Shown: positions 36,518 through 49,400 of the stretch, piece after piece
How the letters are laid out: each line of letters opens with the position of its first letter
How positions within the stretch are numbered: the stretch's first letter is position 1
Source: Mobula hypostoma
Lineage: Eukaryota
Length of the DNA stretch: 64,000 bases
Reading direction: 5' to 3'
Assembly (NCBI RefSeq): GCF_963921235.1
Contig: NC_086097.1
Location: 142,540,001-142,604,000 of the forward strand
The notes under the pieces: generated by a model
Databases searched by the model: none
Seen by the model: only the letters and a program-made list of their open reading frames with translations
What the model was told of the DNA's origin: nothing
Made by a program: the position numbers and the translations under genes

Positions 36518-37889
36518 ATTAAGCAGGGAAGATGGCTTAGTGCAGGAAATTGGTGCTGAGGGAAAAGATAATTTTGCTATGTGAATGCCACATGGAAGAT
36601 GTATTAGATAGACTTTCATCTGACAGTTCCTACGTTTCTCTGATACTTCACCTGAACTCCAACATTATCACAGAGAAACTGTCTTAAAAAATCTCAAAAA
36701 TTGTTACTCAGTGACAGTACCCAAAAGGAAAATAGTTATTACAGATGGGAGAAATTCCTTGTTCAATCCGCAGGTTGTGCTGATGTACTTGCACACGGGG
36801 TGCATGTTTCGGCATCCACCAAATCTGGGAGAAGTTAAATTACAAATAATTTGGGTGAGTATCAACCAACTTTCCTACGCGTGGTTCATAGAAGATGGTG
36901 CCTTCTGGAAACATGAAAGGCAGATGAAGCATAAATCAATTCCACCTGCAGTGCCATGCCTAGCACATTTGGAGAGTTTGCCCATTCTGGAATAATTGAG
37001 TGACATACTGGAGGAGTCTTGTTCAAGCAAAAGAACCTCTGTGAACAAATTGCAGTTTTGAGGGAACAGAAAAGGATTGTATTTGTTTCATTAGGTATGT
37101 TCAATTTATGTTAGTTATTGATTATTCTTGTCTGCTGTATTGTATCACCTATGAGTGTGAGCAGGTGAAAATGCTCTAGTGAATCAAGATGGTTCCTCCC
37201 CACTAGAACAGGAACACTCATCAGTTGTACAGAAACATGTTCCGTGAAAAGAAAATCAAATAAAAATACATTTGAAACATTCGGTTTTACTTTCTTAGAC
37301 GCTTTTTGTGGGTTGTTATAGATTGCAGAGGAGAGTTGTCAGTTCTGGATGGTGATTTGGAACCATTTTAACTTGTTTTAGTAGCAAGTTAGGTACAATT
37401 TGCCATTGTGGCTGTGTTACTGGACTGGTAAATTAGAGCAGTGGTTCTCAATGTGGTCCATATGGCTCTCCAGAGGGCCACAAGTAAAAACAAGAAACAG
37501 GGGAACACAGGAGTTTCTGAATGGGCCCTGGTAAGTGTAAAATAAAAAATAAAACAAACTGTGCAAATACAAAAAGAAAGCAAAAAGAAAAAAGAAATAA
37601 TAATAAATAAATATCAAGAACTTGAGATGAAGAGTCTTGAAAGTGAGTCCAGTTCTGTGGGAATAGTTCAGTGATAGGGCAAATGAAGTTATCCCCTCTG
37701 ACTCAAGAACCTGATGGTTGAGGGGTAATGGTGATGTCGGTCCAGACCTTCTTCCTGATGGCGGCAGCGAGGAGAGAACATGACCTGGATGGTGCGGGTC
37801 TTTGATGATGGATACTGCTTTCCTGCGACAGTGCTCCGTGTAGATGTGCCTGATGGTGTGGAGAGGCAAATCAAGGGTGGTGACAAATG

Positions 37890-39377
37890 ATGATGTCAGT
37901 ATCAGGGTACTCAAAGCCTGTGCCCCTCAGCTATGTGGAGTACTTCGCCATGTATTCAACCTGAGCCTGAGGCTCTGGAGGGTTCCTGTACCGTGGAAGA
38001 CGTCCTGCCTCGTCCCTGTGCCGAAGACGCCGCACCCCAGTGGCCTCAATGACTACAGACCGGTGGCATTGACCTCCCACATCATGAAGACCCTGGAGAG
38101 ACTTGTTCTGGAGCTGCTCCAGCCTATGGTCAGGCCACACTTAGATCCCCTCCAGTTCGTCTACCAGCCCCGACTAGGAGTTGAGAATGCCATTATCTAC
38201 CTGCTGAACCATGTCTACGCCCACCTGGACAAGCCAGTGAGCACTGTGAGGGTCATGTTTTTTGACTTCTCCAGTGCGTTCAACACCATCCGCCCTGCTC
38301 TGCTGGGGGAGAAGCTGACAGTGATGCAGGTGGAAGCTTCCCTGGTGTCATGGATTCTTGATTACCTGACTGGCAGACCACAGTACGTGTGCTTGCAACA
38401 GTGTGTGTCCGACAGAGTGATCAGCAGCACTGAGGCGCCACAGGGGACTGTCTTGTCTCCCTTTCTCTTCACCATTTACACCTCAGACTTCAACTACAGC
38501 ACAGTCTTGTCATCTTCAGAAGTTTTCTGATGACTCTGCCATAGTTAGATGCATCAGCAAGGGAGATGAGGCTGAGTACAGAGCTACGGTAGGAAACTTT
38601 GTGACATGGTGTGAACAGAATTATCTGCAACTTAATGTGAAAAAGACTAAGGAGCTGGTGGTAGACCTGAGGAGAGCTGAGGTACCGGTGACCCCTGTTT
38701 CCATCCAGGGGGTCAGTGTGGACATGGTGGAGGATTATAAATACCTGGGGATACGAGTTGACAATAAACTGGACTGGTCAAAGAACACTGAGGCTGTCTA
38801 CAAGAAGGGTCAGAGTCGTCTCTATTTCCTGAGGAGACTGAGGTCCTTTAACATCTGCCGGACGATGCTGAGGATGTTCTATGAGTCTGTGGTGGCCAGT
38901 GCGATCATGTTTGCTGTTGTGTGCTGGGGCAGCAGGCTGAGGGTAGCAGATATCAACAGAATCAACAAACTCATTCGTAAGGCCAGTGATGTTGGGGGGA
39001 TGGAACTGGATTCTCTGATGGTGGTGTCTGAAAAGAGGTTGCTGTCCAAGTTGCATGCCATCTTGGACAATGTCTCCCATCCACCACATAATATACTGGT
39101 TGGGCACAGGAGTACATTCAGCCAGAGACTCATTCCAACGAGATGCAACACAGAGCATCATAGGAAGTTATTCCTGCCTGTGGCCATCAAACTTTACAAC
39201 TCCTCCCTTGGAGGGTCAGACACCCTGAGCCAATAGGCTGGTCCTGGACTTATTTCCTGGCATAATTTACATATTACTATTTAACTATTTATGGTTTTAT
39301 TACTATTTAATTATTTATGGTGCAACTGTAATGAAAACCAATTTCCCCCGGGATCAATAAAGTATGACTATGACTAT
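37890..39377 (+). mobile_element. Rex-Babar LINE, 5'-truncated, one frameshift; nested in an older minus-strand Rex (37530-37870, 39378-39810)
   Basis: [29 protein letters not shown]. ORFs 37844-38530 and 38601-39236. AATAAA followed by (TATGAC)n tail. Confidence 0.92.
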
Positions 39378-39824
39378 AAGCATATAGGCTGGGCTGTATC
39401 TACTACTTTTTATCGGCTTTTCCATACCATTGATATTTCCATACCTGGCCATGATGCAACCAGTCAATATACTCTCCACCACACATCCATTGAAGTTTGT
39501 CATAGTTTTAGATGACATGCTGACTCTTCGCAAACTTCTAAGAAAAATAGAGGCACTTATGTGCTGCACCCAGGACAGATCCTCTGAATTGATAACACCA
39601 AGGAATTTAAAGTTGTTGACCCTCTCCACCTCCGATCCCCCAATGAGGACTAACTTATATATCTCTGATATCCTCCTCCTGAAGCCAATAATCATCTCCT
39701 TGTCTTGCTGCAATGAGTGACACCAGTCAGCCAGAGTTTTCAATCTTCCTCCTATATGCTGATTCGTCACCACTCTTGATTTGGCCAATGGCTGTGGTGT
39801 CATTGGCAAGCTTAAATATGAAGT

Positions 39825-40320
39825 ATGAGGCACCTAGAGTACTGTGAGCAGTTTTGAGACTCTTATCTAGGGAAAGATGTGCTGACATTGGAGAGGGTCC
39901 AGAAGAGGTTGATGAGAATGATTTCTGGGAATGAAAGGGTTAACATATGAGAAATGTTTGACGGCTTTGGGCCTGTTCTCGGAGTTCAGAAGAATGAGGT
40001 GGGATCTCGTTGAAACCTATCGAATATTGAAAGACCTAGATAGAGTAGATGTGGAGAGGATGTTTCGTATAGTGGGTGCGTCTAGAACCAGCCTCAGAAT
40101 AGAAGGGCCTCCCTTTAGAACAGAGGGGACAAGGAATTTACTTACCCAGAGGGTAGTGAATCTGTGGAATTCATTGCCACAATTGGCTGTAGAGGTCACC
40201 TCATTGTGTATAATTAAAGTGGAGGTTGATAGGTTCTTGATTAGACATGTTGTCAAAGGTTTTGGGGAAAAGGCAGGGGAATGGGGTTGAGAGGAATAAT
40301 AAATCAAACATGAATGGGTA
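39825..40320 (+). mobile_element. CR1 3' fragment
   Basis: ORF 39931-40290 matches the CR1 ORF2 C-terminus. Confidence 0.85.
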
Positions 40321-40940
40321 GGCTCAATAAAGTATCCTATTCAGAGCTTTGAAATAGTTTTATTTTTCATCTACACCCATATATAAAACATTATATTAAC
40401 ATATAATATCTAAACCTGTGAAAGCCTAACTATTGACTGTATATTAGAATAATTAGTACAGTTGACCAAAAAAAATATAGCAACTAATGGATACTATAGA
40501 AGATGAGGGCCACTGAGGTAAATGAAAGTCATGTGGGCCACAAGCAGGAAAAGGTTGAGAACCACTGATGTAGAAGAAATTAATTCATGATCTCTATGTA
40601 ACAGTAATAATCTGCATAAGTGACGCTAGCTGTTAGATTTTCTTTAATACCCTTACAGGTTCCCTTAAGTTCTTTAGAAAAGGAAACATGATGCCCTGAA
40701 CCAGTTTGGATCATTTTCAATGCCAGTTTTACAAACACATGGTTGATTCTAACTATTCATTAAATTGCACTGCGATGCACTCAGTTGTATCACTATCTTC
40801 TCAGAATGATAAATGACAGTCGTGCCAGTGACCTCCTGAGAATGAATTAAAATAACGATTTAAGTCAAATGTTGAGATTTCTTTCTCAAAATCTTCCTTT
40901 TTCCTCAGCCAGTCAGTTCAAACCTTTTCAAGACAAATTA

Positions 40941-42318
40941 CAGTCCCTATAAAAAGTATTCACCTGCCCCCCCCCAGAAGTTCATGTTTTATTGTTTTAC
41001 AACATTGAATCACAGTGGATTTAATTTGGCTTTTTTTTTACACTGATCAGCAGAAAAAGATTCTTCCATGTCAAAGTGAAAACAGATCTCTACAAAGTGA
41101 TCTAAATTAATTATAAATATAAAACACAAAACAATTGATTGCATAAATATTCACCCCCCCCTTTAGTATCACACACCAAATCATCACTAATGCAGCCAGT
41201 GGGTTTTAGAAGACACATAATTAGATTAAATAGAGCTCTGTTTTTTGCACACCTGTGCAGAGTCAAGATGTTTCAATTGTAGTAAAAATATACTTGTATC
41301 CAACTTCTGGAGAGTCACTATCCTGGCAAAGACTACACCATGAAGACAAATGAACACTCTAAGCAACTCCAGAAAAAGGTTATTGAAAAGCACAAGTCAG
41401 GAGATGGATACAAGAAAATTTCCAAGTCGCTGACTATCCCTTGGAGTACAGTTAAGTCAATCATCAAGAAATGGAAAGAATATAGCACAGTTGGAAATCT
41501 GCCTAGAGCGAGCGATCCTCAGAAACTGCACAAGAAGGGGACTACTGAGGGAGGCCACCAAGAGACCTATGACAACTGTGGAGGAGTTACAAGCTTCAGT
41601 GGCTGAGATGGGAGAGACTGTGCATACAACAACTGTTGTCCAGGTACTTTACTGGTCGCAGTTTTATGGGAGAGTTGAAAAGAAAAAGCCACTGTTGAAA
41701 AAAACTCACACGAAATCTCAGCTGGAGTTTGCCAAAAGCATGTGGGAGACTCTGAAGTCAGCTGGAGGAAGGTTATAAGGTCTGATGAAACCAAAATTGA
41801 GCTCTTTGGCCATCAGACAAAACACTATATTTAGTGTAAGCCAATACTGCACATCATCAAAAACACGCGCCGTGAAGCATGGTGGTGGCTGCATCATGCT
41901 GTGGGGATGCTTCACTGCAGCGGGCCCTGGAAGGCTTGTGAAGGTAGAGGGTAAAATGAATGTAGCAAAGTTCAGGGAAATCCTGGAGGAAAACTTGATG
42001 CAGTCTGCAAGAGAACTGTGGCTTGGGAGAAGAGTTGTTTTCCAGCAAGGCAATGACCCCAAGCATAAAGCCAAAGCTACATAGGAATGGTTTAAAAACA
42101 ACAAATTTAATGTCCTGGAGTGGCCAAGTTAGAGTACGGACCTCAATCCAATTGAGAATTTGTGGCTGAACTTGAAAAGGACTGTTCACTTTGACACAAA
42201 ACAGTCTTTTGACACGATCAGTGTCAAAAAAGCCGAATTAAATCCACTGTGATTCAATGTTGTAAAACAATAAATCATGATAACTTCCATACGGGGTGAA
42301 TACTTTTTATAGGCACTG
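40941..42318 (+). mobile_element. Tc1-family DNA transposon with decayed transposase
   Basis: TA TSDs (40939-40940, 42319-42320). TIRs CAGTCCCTATAAAAAGTATTCACC / GGTGAATACTTTTTATAGGCACTG. Motifs HKSGDGYKKISK, KHGGGCIMLWGCF, QQGNDPKH, DLNPIENLW; frameshifted. Confidence 0.93.
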
Positions 42319-42519
42319 TATATTTCCATATCTGGGTATATATTTTCTGCCTCTCAGACTCTGAATGGCACACAAGGAAACTTGCCATCTTTTTCTGGTA
42401 TACCCCTTGCAGAGTTTTAGTTTTATGTGTTGGTTCTGTGATGATTGATACTCTGATTTTTTATTCTGACTGCAAAATTTCCAATTCTCATCCTCCTGCT
42501 CACCTTGATGTTATTCCAT

Positions 42520-44280
42520 AAGACCATAATCCCATAAACCCATATGATATAGGAGCAGAATTAGGCTATTTGGCCCAGTGTCTACTCCCCAATTCCATCA
42601 TGACTAATTTATTATCCCTCTCAATCCCATTCACCTGCCTTCTCCCCTTAATTTTTGCCATCCTGTCTAATCAAGAAATATCAGCCTCTGCTTTAAATAT
42701 ACCCAGTGACTTGGCCTTCACAGCTGCTTATGGCAATGAATTCCACCGATTCACTATGCACTGAAGAAATTCCTCCTCATTTCTGTTCTAAAGGGCCATT
42801 CTTCTCTTCTGAGGCTGTGCCCTCTGGTTCTAGGCTCCCCCACTATAGAAACCATGTCCACTCTTTCTAAGGCCCTCCATTGGTCAAGGTCAACCATGGA
42901 TGTTCTATCATAGCTGTTGGTACACAAGCCAGTATTGCAAGCCAGGGCTGTACAGTATGGGGAGCATGCTGTTGTCCATACAACAGAGACCACTACTATT
43001 TGGCACCAGCAGCATTGCAGGAGTTGCCAGCCGACGTTGACCTCAATGTAGGAGTGCCTTTGTGACTCCAGCTTTGGATTTTCCCCTCTGGGTTTACTCC
43101 CAAAGCCTTCCCTATGAGTGGGTATAGCTGCAAGGCAGCGGAGGTTAGAAATCAGAGTCTTCCTTCTCTTGGATGAGCTGCCAACTACAGCTAACGAGGT
43201 CCATCTGTCTGAAGCGGCTGGTTTTAAGGTGCCAGTAATCTGCCTTTGCCCCTTCTCCTGTCAGTGAAAACGGTTCTGCTGGGCTTAGTAGCTAATCTAC
43301 ATATGAAGGTCAGTAGCTAGACATCGTTGTAAGAGACTATTTCAGACGCATGCCATTAGGAGCATTTTTTATATAGGCATCCGTCAGTCTCATGAGACCA
43401 TGGATTTGTGCCTTGGAAGGTTTCCGGGGTGCAGGTCTGGGCAAGGTTGTATGGAAGACCAGCAGTTGCCCATGCTGCAAGTCTCCCCTCTCCACGCCAC
43501 TGATGTTGTCCAAGGGAAGGGCATTAGGACCCATACAGCTTCACACCAGTGTCATCGCAGAGCAATGTGTGGTTAAGTGCCTTACTCAAGGACACAACAC
43601 GCTGCCTCAGCCAAGGCTCGAACTAGCGACCTTCAAATCACTATAAGAACGCCTTAACCACTTGGCCACATTGGGAGCATTAGTAGGAGCTTATCTCCAC
43701 CAGCCCACCCCTCGGCTCTGACAACTTTAATGAACCTGACTCTTTCTAGGCATTTCACTATTTGATGGGTTCAATGAGAACATTGCCCCCTCCATTCTTC
43801 TAAACTCCAGCGAATACAGACCCAGAGCCATCAAACCTTCCTCATACGTTAAACTTTTCATTCCCAGGATCATTCTCCTGAACCCCCTCTGGACCCTCTC
43901 CAGTGCCAGCACAACTTTTCTTAGAGAAGGGGCCCAAAACTGCTCATAATACTCCAAGTGTGGTCTGACCAAAGTCTTATAAAGCCTCAGCATTACATAT
44001 TTGCTTTTATACTCTAGTCCTCTAAAAATGAATGCAAACATTGGATTTGCCTTCCTTGCCACTGACTCAACCTGCAAGTTAACTTTTAGGGAATCCTGCA
44101 CGAGGACTCCCAAGTCCCTTTGCTTTTCTAATTACTGAATTTTCTCCCTATTTAGAAAATAGTCTATGCCTTTATTCCTTCTACCAAAGTGCATGATCGT
44201 ACCCTTCCCTATGCTATATTCCATCTGCCACTTCTTTGCCCATTCTCCTAATCTGTCTAAGTCCCTCTGTAGATTTCCAC
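42520..44280 (-). mobile_element. CR1 fragment interrupted by an RTE-like repeat and a SINE
   Basis: CR1 ORF2 pieces at 43727-44113 and 42570-42880 flank unrelated repeat sequence. Confidence 0.75.
43367..43668 (-). mobile_element. tRNA-derived SINE with CORE-like domain
   Basis: Minus strand GTGGCCAAGTGGTTAAGGCG (A box), AGTTCGAGCC (B box), GTGTCCTTGAGTAAGGCACTTAACC. 13 bp TSD CATT(A/G)GGAGCATT. Confidence 0.8.
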
Positions 44281-44299
44281 TCCATTCATTTTGAATATT

Positions 44300-44650
44300 G
44301 GCCATACCTCAGTAGTAGCACTTTGGCCTCTATAAAAGAAAATTGTGGATTTAAGCACCATTCCAGAGACGTGGGTACACTGATCCAGTGTAGTACTGCT
44401 GCACTTTCAAATGTGTGCTCATTTGGACAAGATGTTAAACTGAGGTATAGTTTTCCTTCTCACGTGCCTGTAAAAGATCCCATGGTGAGGAGTGGAAGGT
44501 TAGTGGACACTGGCTGGTAGTCATGATCCTATTATTATGCTGCAACCAACATTACTGAAATTAATCTTCTCATTATTGTATTGTTTCTGGTAACTTTCTC
44601 TGAAGTGGTTAAGAAGATTACCACAACAACTAGACTTCAAAGATTCTCAT
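44300..44650 (+). mobile_element. Ancient Deu-domain SINE remnant (similar relics near 53.2-53.7, 57.0-57.4 and 58.2-58.6 kb)
   Basis: ctgctgcact..gatgttaaactgagg..gtaaaagatcccatgg resembles the Deu/SacSINE1 core as recalled; highly diverged. Confidence 0.5.
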
Positions 44651-45419
44651 TGAATGTATATACTATACGATATCTTTAAACCTTGAAATAAGCTTATAAG
44701 TGGAAATACTTCTTGGTGCCTTTTTCTCAACAGTTTATACATACGCGTACTGCAAAATATTAATTCCCATTGCCCACCTTGCAAAATCCTCCCTGAATTC
44801 GCCTTACCAATGCCTCTATAACAACAGTCATGTCCCCCTCCCACATCCCTGTCAGCCCCTAATCTTGACAATCAACAGAATTTTTAAACAAAATGGCTTT
44901 AGGTTTTATACATTGCTTTACCTTACGTGTTACTCACTGAATTCTGACTAAAATAAAAACTGTATTACAAAGCAATTACTTAGGCTAAACTGAGGCAGGA
45001 ATACTTTTGAGCAAGATGTTTTTATCACTGTCCAGTTTTGGTTTCTCTACTGCTGTAAATCTTCCCAGTCCTCCCCAGGAGGAGGGTCTAGTCCTGTAGT
45101 GCACACATACACCTCCGGACATCAGTACACTGCTTTGATGTTGGGGCATAAGCTATTGTTAGGCAGGAAGCTTCCATCTGTCACTTCAGACAAGAACTCC
45201 CTCCAGGGGGTGAGGGGAACTTCAATAGATTACAAGCGGCTGCAGTAAACCACTGTTTGTTGAATGACCAGGAGAGGAAAGTGTTAGGGGATGGGCACGG
45301 AAGGAAAAGCAGATTTTAAGACTAGTACATGATCATTTGGAGTTTAAAAAAGAGTATAGACGAATGATAAGAAGATCCAAAACCAGCTCATTTACAGATG
45401 GGAACCTTCTTCATTTAGA

Positions 45420-45710
45420 TTCATCAGGCTCCTGAACCAGCATGGATAACTTCACCCAACTCAACTCAATTCCTTAATCTACACACCAGCTTTCAACGAC
45501 TCTACATCTCATGTTCTCAGTATTATTCATTTGTTAATTTGCATAAGTTGTCCTCTTTTGCACATTGGTTGCTTGTCAGTCTTTGCTTATGTATAGTTTT
45601 CATAAATTCTATTCTATTTCCTTATCTTCCTGTAAACCCCTGCAAAAAAATGAATCCCAAGGTAGTATACGGTGACATAGATGTACTTTGATAATAAATT
45701 TACTTCGACA
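45420..45710 (+). mobile_element. Rex-Babar 3' UTR fragment
   Basis: Same 3' UTR as the copy at 2340-2700 (aatgaatc..gtatacggtgacat..gtactttgataataaa). Confidence 0.65.
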
Positions 45711-48011
45711 ACTCTGATGGTTCAGTTAGTTAATGAACCACCAGATCTGGAGTGCAGATGCATAGATCAGCAAGATCCCAGGCCATCTCCTTGTCTGAGT
45801 TGACATTCAGTTGATCAACAGGAATGAGCCAAACAGTAAATGAGGAAAGGTATTGTTCTAGATTATTCATCCAAGAGATCATGACAAGATAACATACGTA
45901 CACACAACATGGAGGAATTAGAAATGATCTTTTATACTTTATACTTCATAACGTAAAGATGTAGCAGACAACTTGCAAATGGTAGGATCCCACAAAGGAA
46001 AAAGAGGTAATGGCTATTTGAACTCTTTCCATGAGGTTTCTTAGCAACACACACAAGATGCTGGAGGAACTCAACAGGTTAGGCAGTATCTATGGAAGGG
46101 AAGTAAACAGTCCGAGGCCCTTCATTAGGACTTCAAAATTGGCAGTAAGGTACTTTGAGATGCCTTGAGGCTTCAAATGAATCTGTTTTGTGTTTCTTTA
46201 ACAGTTTCATGATTCATCACAGGTAATTCCAGGTCAGTCATGCATGGAGATTGCATGAATTAACATATTTATCTTCTTTCCTATCTTTTCTGCTGTTTTT
46301 ACCTCAGTCCTCAGAAACAAATCCAACATCCAACCATTGCTTCCACTCCAAAACCTGTACATGTTTGCACAAACATATGCTGGAATCTGGAGCCAAGAAC
46401 AGACTTCTGGAGGAATGAGCAGTCTCTATGGGGGGAACAGGGGAAATTGCTGTTGACATTTACATTTCTCCCCCCTTCCTCCACAGATGCTGTTTGGTCT
46501 GCTGAGTTCCTGCGGAGGTTTTGCTTTTGTACAATGTTGTAGTCACCACATTCATGCCCATCTTTCCAAGGACTTCTTGTTCGAGTGCCTCCAATCAGAA
46601 TTTTTGCTGTACCATAGTAGCAAAATGACCCTCATTAAAGACACAAATGAGCTCCGATATGACTGTGAGAACTTCCCAGCACCACGTTGGTTGGGTGTGT
46701 AGATGAGTGATGGAGTCTGGGGGATGTGTTGAGAACGTAAGGAGAACGTAAAGTGGGATGAATGTATGATTATTATGATACAACAATAGGATAATAACTG
46801 AACTTTTTTGTTGTTGCTATTTTTGTGTGATTTTGATCGAGGTGGACAGGCCTGTGGCCTGCAGATAACAAAGATACAGTATTTTCCACATTTAATCTGA
46901 GGAACCAGTTCTACCTCATCAGCACTTCTACGATCTACCCCTCTAAATTGCCATTAAGTCCTTGATGTGCACTAGTTTATTTTAATGAAGTACAGAGTAC
47001 TTGGAAGAATGTAGCTATGGTTTTCAGTTCCCACTGTATTGTTACCTGGTTACTGTTTCCTCCCCCCCACCCCCCCAGCAACTATCTGAAACTGAATGGA
47101 AACTTTTTTCACGTTTAAGTAATCTCCTTCAGTTTTACACCCTTGGTTATCTCAGCATCCTTCCAGTCCTCCCTTGTTCATAACTGGATTTAATCGCTGT
47201 CATTAGCCACTAAGCTGTCAGCTGCCTAGGCTCGAATGGCTGCAATCTCCCTCTTACACTCTTCTGGGTCTCTCTTTGTTTGACAATGCTCTGATGAAGT
47301 CTCTCCGAATGTTTTGCTGCATTAGAAACGCTATATAAACACAAGTTGTTAATGTTGTGTTAGTCCCTTCCCCTGCTTGCATTGCAGTGCTGTAAAATTA
47401 CCTCTTAATTGGCCACAGTTTATATGGCTGGAGCAGACAAGGAGAAGGTTCACGTGTGAATATGTAAAGAGGGTTGGCGAGGGGCAGGGCCAACGCTGGG
47501 TTTGATAGACGAGTTGTATAGTCTACCCTTTTCCATCCAGCATGTTTTTATAAAGCTTACTCTGTATTTCCTGTGCTGGAACTCAGAATGCTTCAAAGGC
47601 ACCGAAAACCAAACCAGGCTTAAGTACAGGAAACCTAGCCTCCAGGCCTCTAAACAAAACCCACCCCTTTAAAGCAACACTTCTCTCCATAAATTTAATA
47701 TGAAGCAGCTCTAGTAAAACAAACCATGTGAGAGACTTTAAAAAAATGTACCCCTCATACATTTGATCATTTTTATGTAAAATATTAAAGGAGTAGATTT
47801 GATTTATTGAATATATAATATAAAACTGGAGTCTTTTATGTTATAATTATTCTTGAGGTATAGCTGTAAGCATTAATACACAGCTGCTCTTACTGGCTAT
47901 TTCTAGTTACCCAAATTTGATACAACTGAGGGACTTATAAAATTTCCAAAATAGACTTCTTTCATGAAATACATGAACAAGAAGTACAAAAAGCAGTGCA
48001 TGGATTTCTTT

Positions 48012-48229
48012 CACAAACAAGAGAATATCTGCAGATGCTGGAAATCTGAGGAACACACACAATGTGCTGGAGGAACTCAGCAGGCCAGGCAGCGTATATG
48101 GAAAAAAGTATAGTCGACATTTCGGGACCAGTCCTGCGGAAGGGTTTCAGCCTGAAACGTCGACTGTTCACAGTTTTCCATAGAAACTGCCTGGCCTGCT
48201 GAGTTCCTGGAGCAATTTGTATGTGTTGT
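48012..48229. mobile_element. Penelope-derived palindromic mini-element (218 bp)
   Basis: 12 bp TSD ATGGATTTCTTT (48000-48011, 48230-48241). Inverted arms ggaactcagcaggccaggcag / ctgcctggcctgctgagttcc; degenerate hammerhead in the centre. Confidence 0.85.
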
Positions 48230-48379
48230 ATGGATTTCTTTACTTTCATAGCATTGTATAGTTTATATACTTACATAGTGCTATAAGGTCATACATTTAT
48301 AGCACTAGTATATTCTATGTCCACGCTGCATTACACCCCATGAGGCATTTTTGAAGAATACACACATTGGTAGATTGAG

Positions 48380-49400
48380 AAGCTTTTCCACAGAAGCCAG
48401 CCAATCACTCCATTCAGTGGTGACAGAACCTTAGCCTGCAGTCTTTCCCCACAAAGCCTTTGTGTTGGCTGCACTATGCTTCAGTGTGTTCGTTAATATG
48501 TATTCCTGCACCTGGAAAGTGCCAAGCCCCAGCAATCCCCTATAGACATCTTGTACTGGAAGCGCAACCCATTTCATGCAGACCAAAGTGAACTTTTCAG
48601 AGTTGATGATTTTCCAGCACACTTGATGCTTGTCTCAGTATGTGTCCTTAGGAACAGCCCTTATATCAGAATGGAACACAGTTGTTTGGGATGAACTTTG
48701 ACTAACACCCTTGCATCCTTTTATTGACCTTCTTTGCATTATTCACAGTCCCCAAAGGGGTGATCTCAACTTCATCACAGCAATTTTAAAAGCACCATTA
48801 TTGTGGTGAGATGTTAACTGTGTAGGAGAGATCTGAAGGGGAAGGAGTCATTCTCACTGCCAGCCATGTGAGGTCTTCGTTGCCCAATGGCAAATTCTGC
48901 TGATGAGGTGTTCCACCAAATAGTTCTGGTAGTCTTCTCAGGCAACCATTCCACAGGATCCATCATGTTCTTCTCCCATGCTGACCACTGCCTGATGGAC
49001 TTGCGGATGAAAATGTTTTTTCCTGAGAGAACGTTTCGACAAAGGACAGGCAGCGCAGCAATGTTCAACTCAAAAGAACATGGCATGGCAGAAAGGTCAG
49101 GCTCATCCTTCACGACACCAGAGACAGTGAAACCTCAGCTCAGAGTGACACTTGGTGCTAGTGTACTTCAGTTCAACATACAGTTTGAAGTAATCACCCA
49201 CAAATGTGCCCATCAGGGCAAGGGCAATGATGAGCGTGCTCTCCCACCCATTTCTCTGGACACTTGTGCATCGTGCAGGATATGTGCCATACCTGCATCA
49301 TCAACAGCAGCACCGAGAGCATTTTGCACCTGATGGGCAAGTTCTTGGCCACCACTGAGAGGGAGTACACTCCCCTTACCAGATCACTTCACAGCCCAGA
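48380..49400 (-). mobile_element. Tx1/L1-clade LINE ORF2 C-terminal remnant
   Basis: CWKIINSEK..VQEYILTNTLKHSAANTKALWGKT and MDPVEWLPEKTTRTIW, decayed; homologous to 9.5-10 kb. Confidence 0.6.

Larger units (their letters stand above)
37439..40567. mobile_element. hAT-type non-autonomous element expanded by nested LINEs
   Basis: Perfect 13 bp inverted termini CAGTGGTTCTCAA / TTGAGAACCACTG; TSD only weakly preserved. Confidence 0.6.

Noticed and set aside
43590..43668. tRNA gene
   Set aside because: tRNA-like head of a TSD-flanked SINE with no complete cloverleaf; the same holds for 10793-10870.
48887..49333. 148 aa + strand ORF
   Set aside because: Antisense to a decayed Tx1 ORF2.
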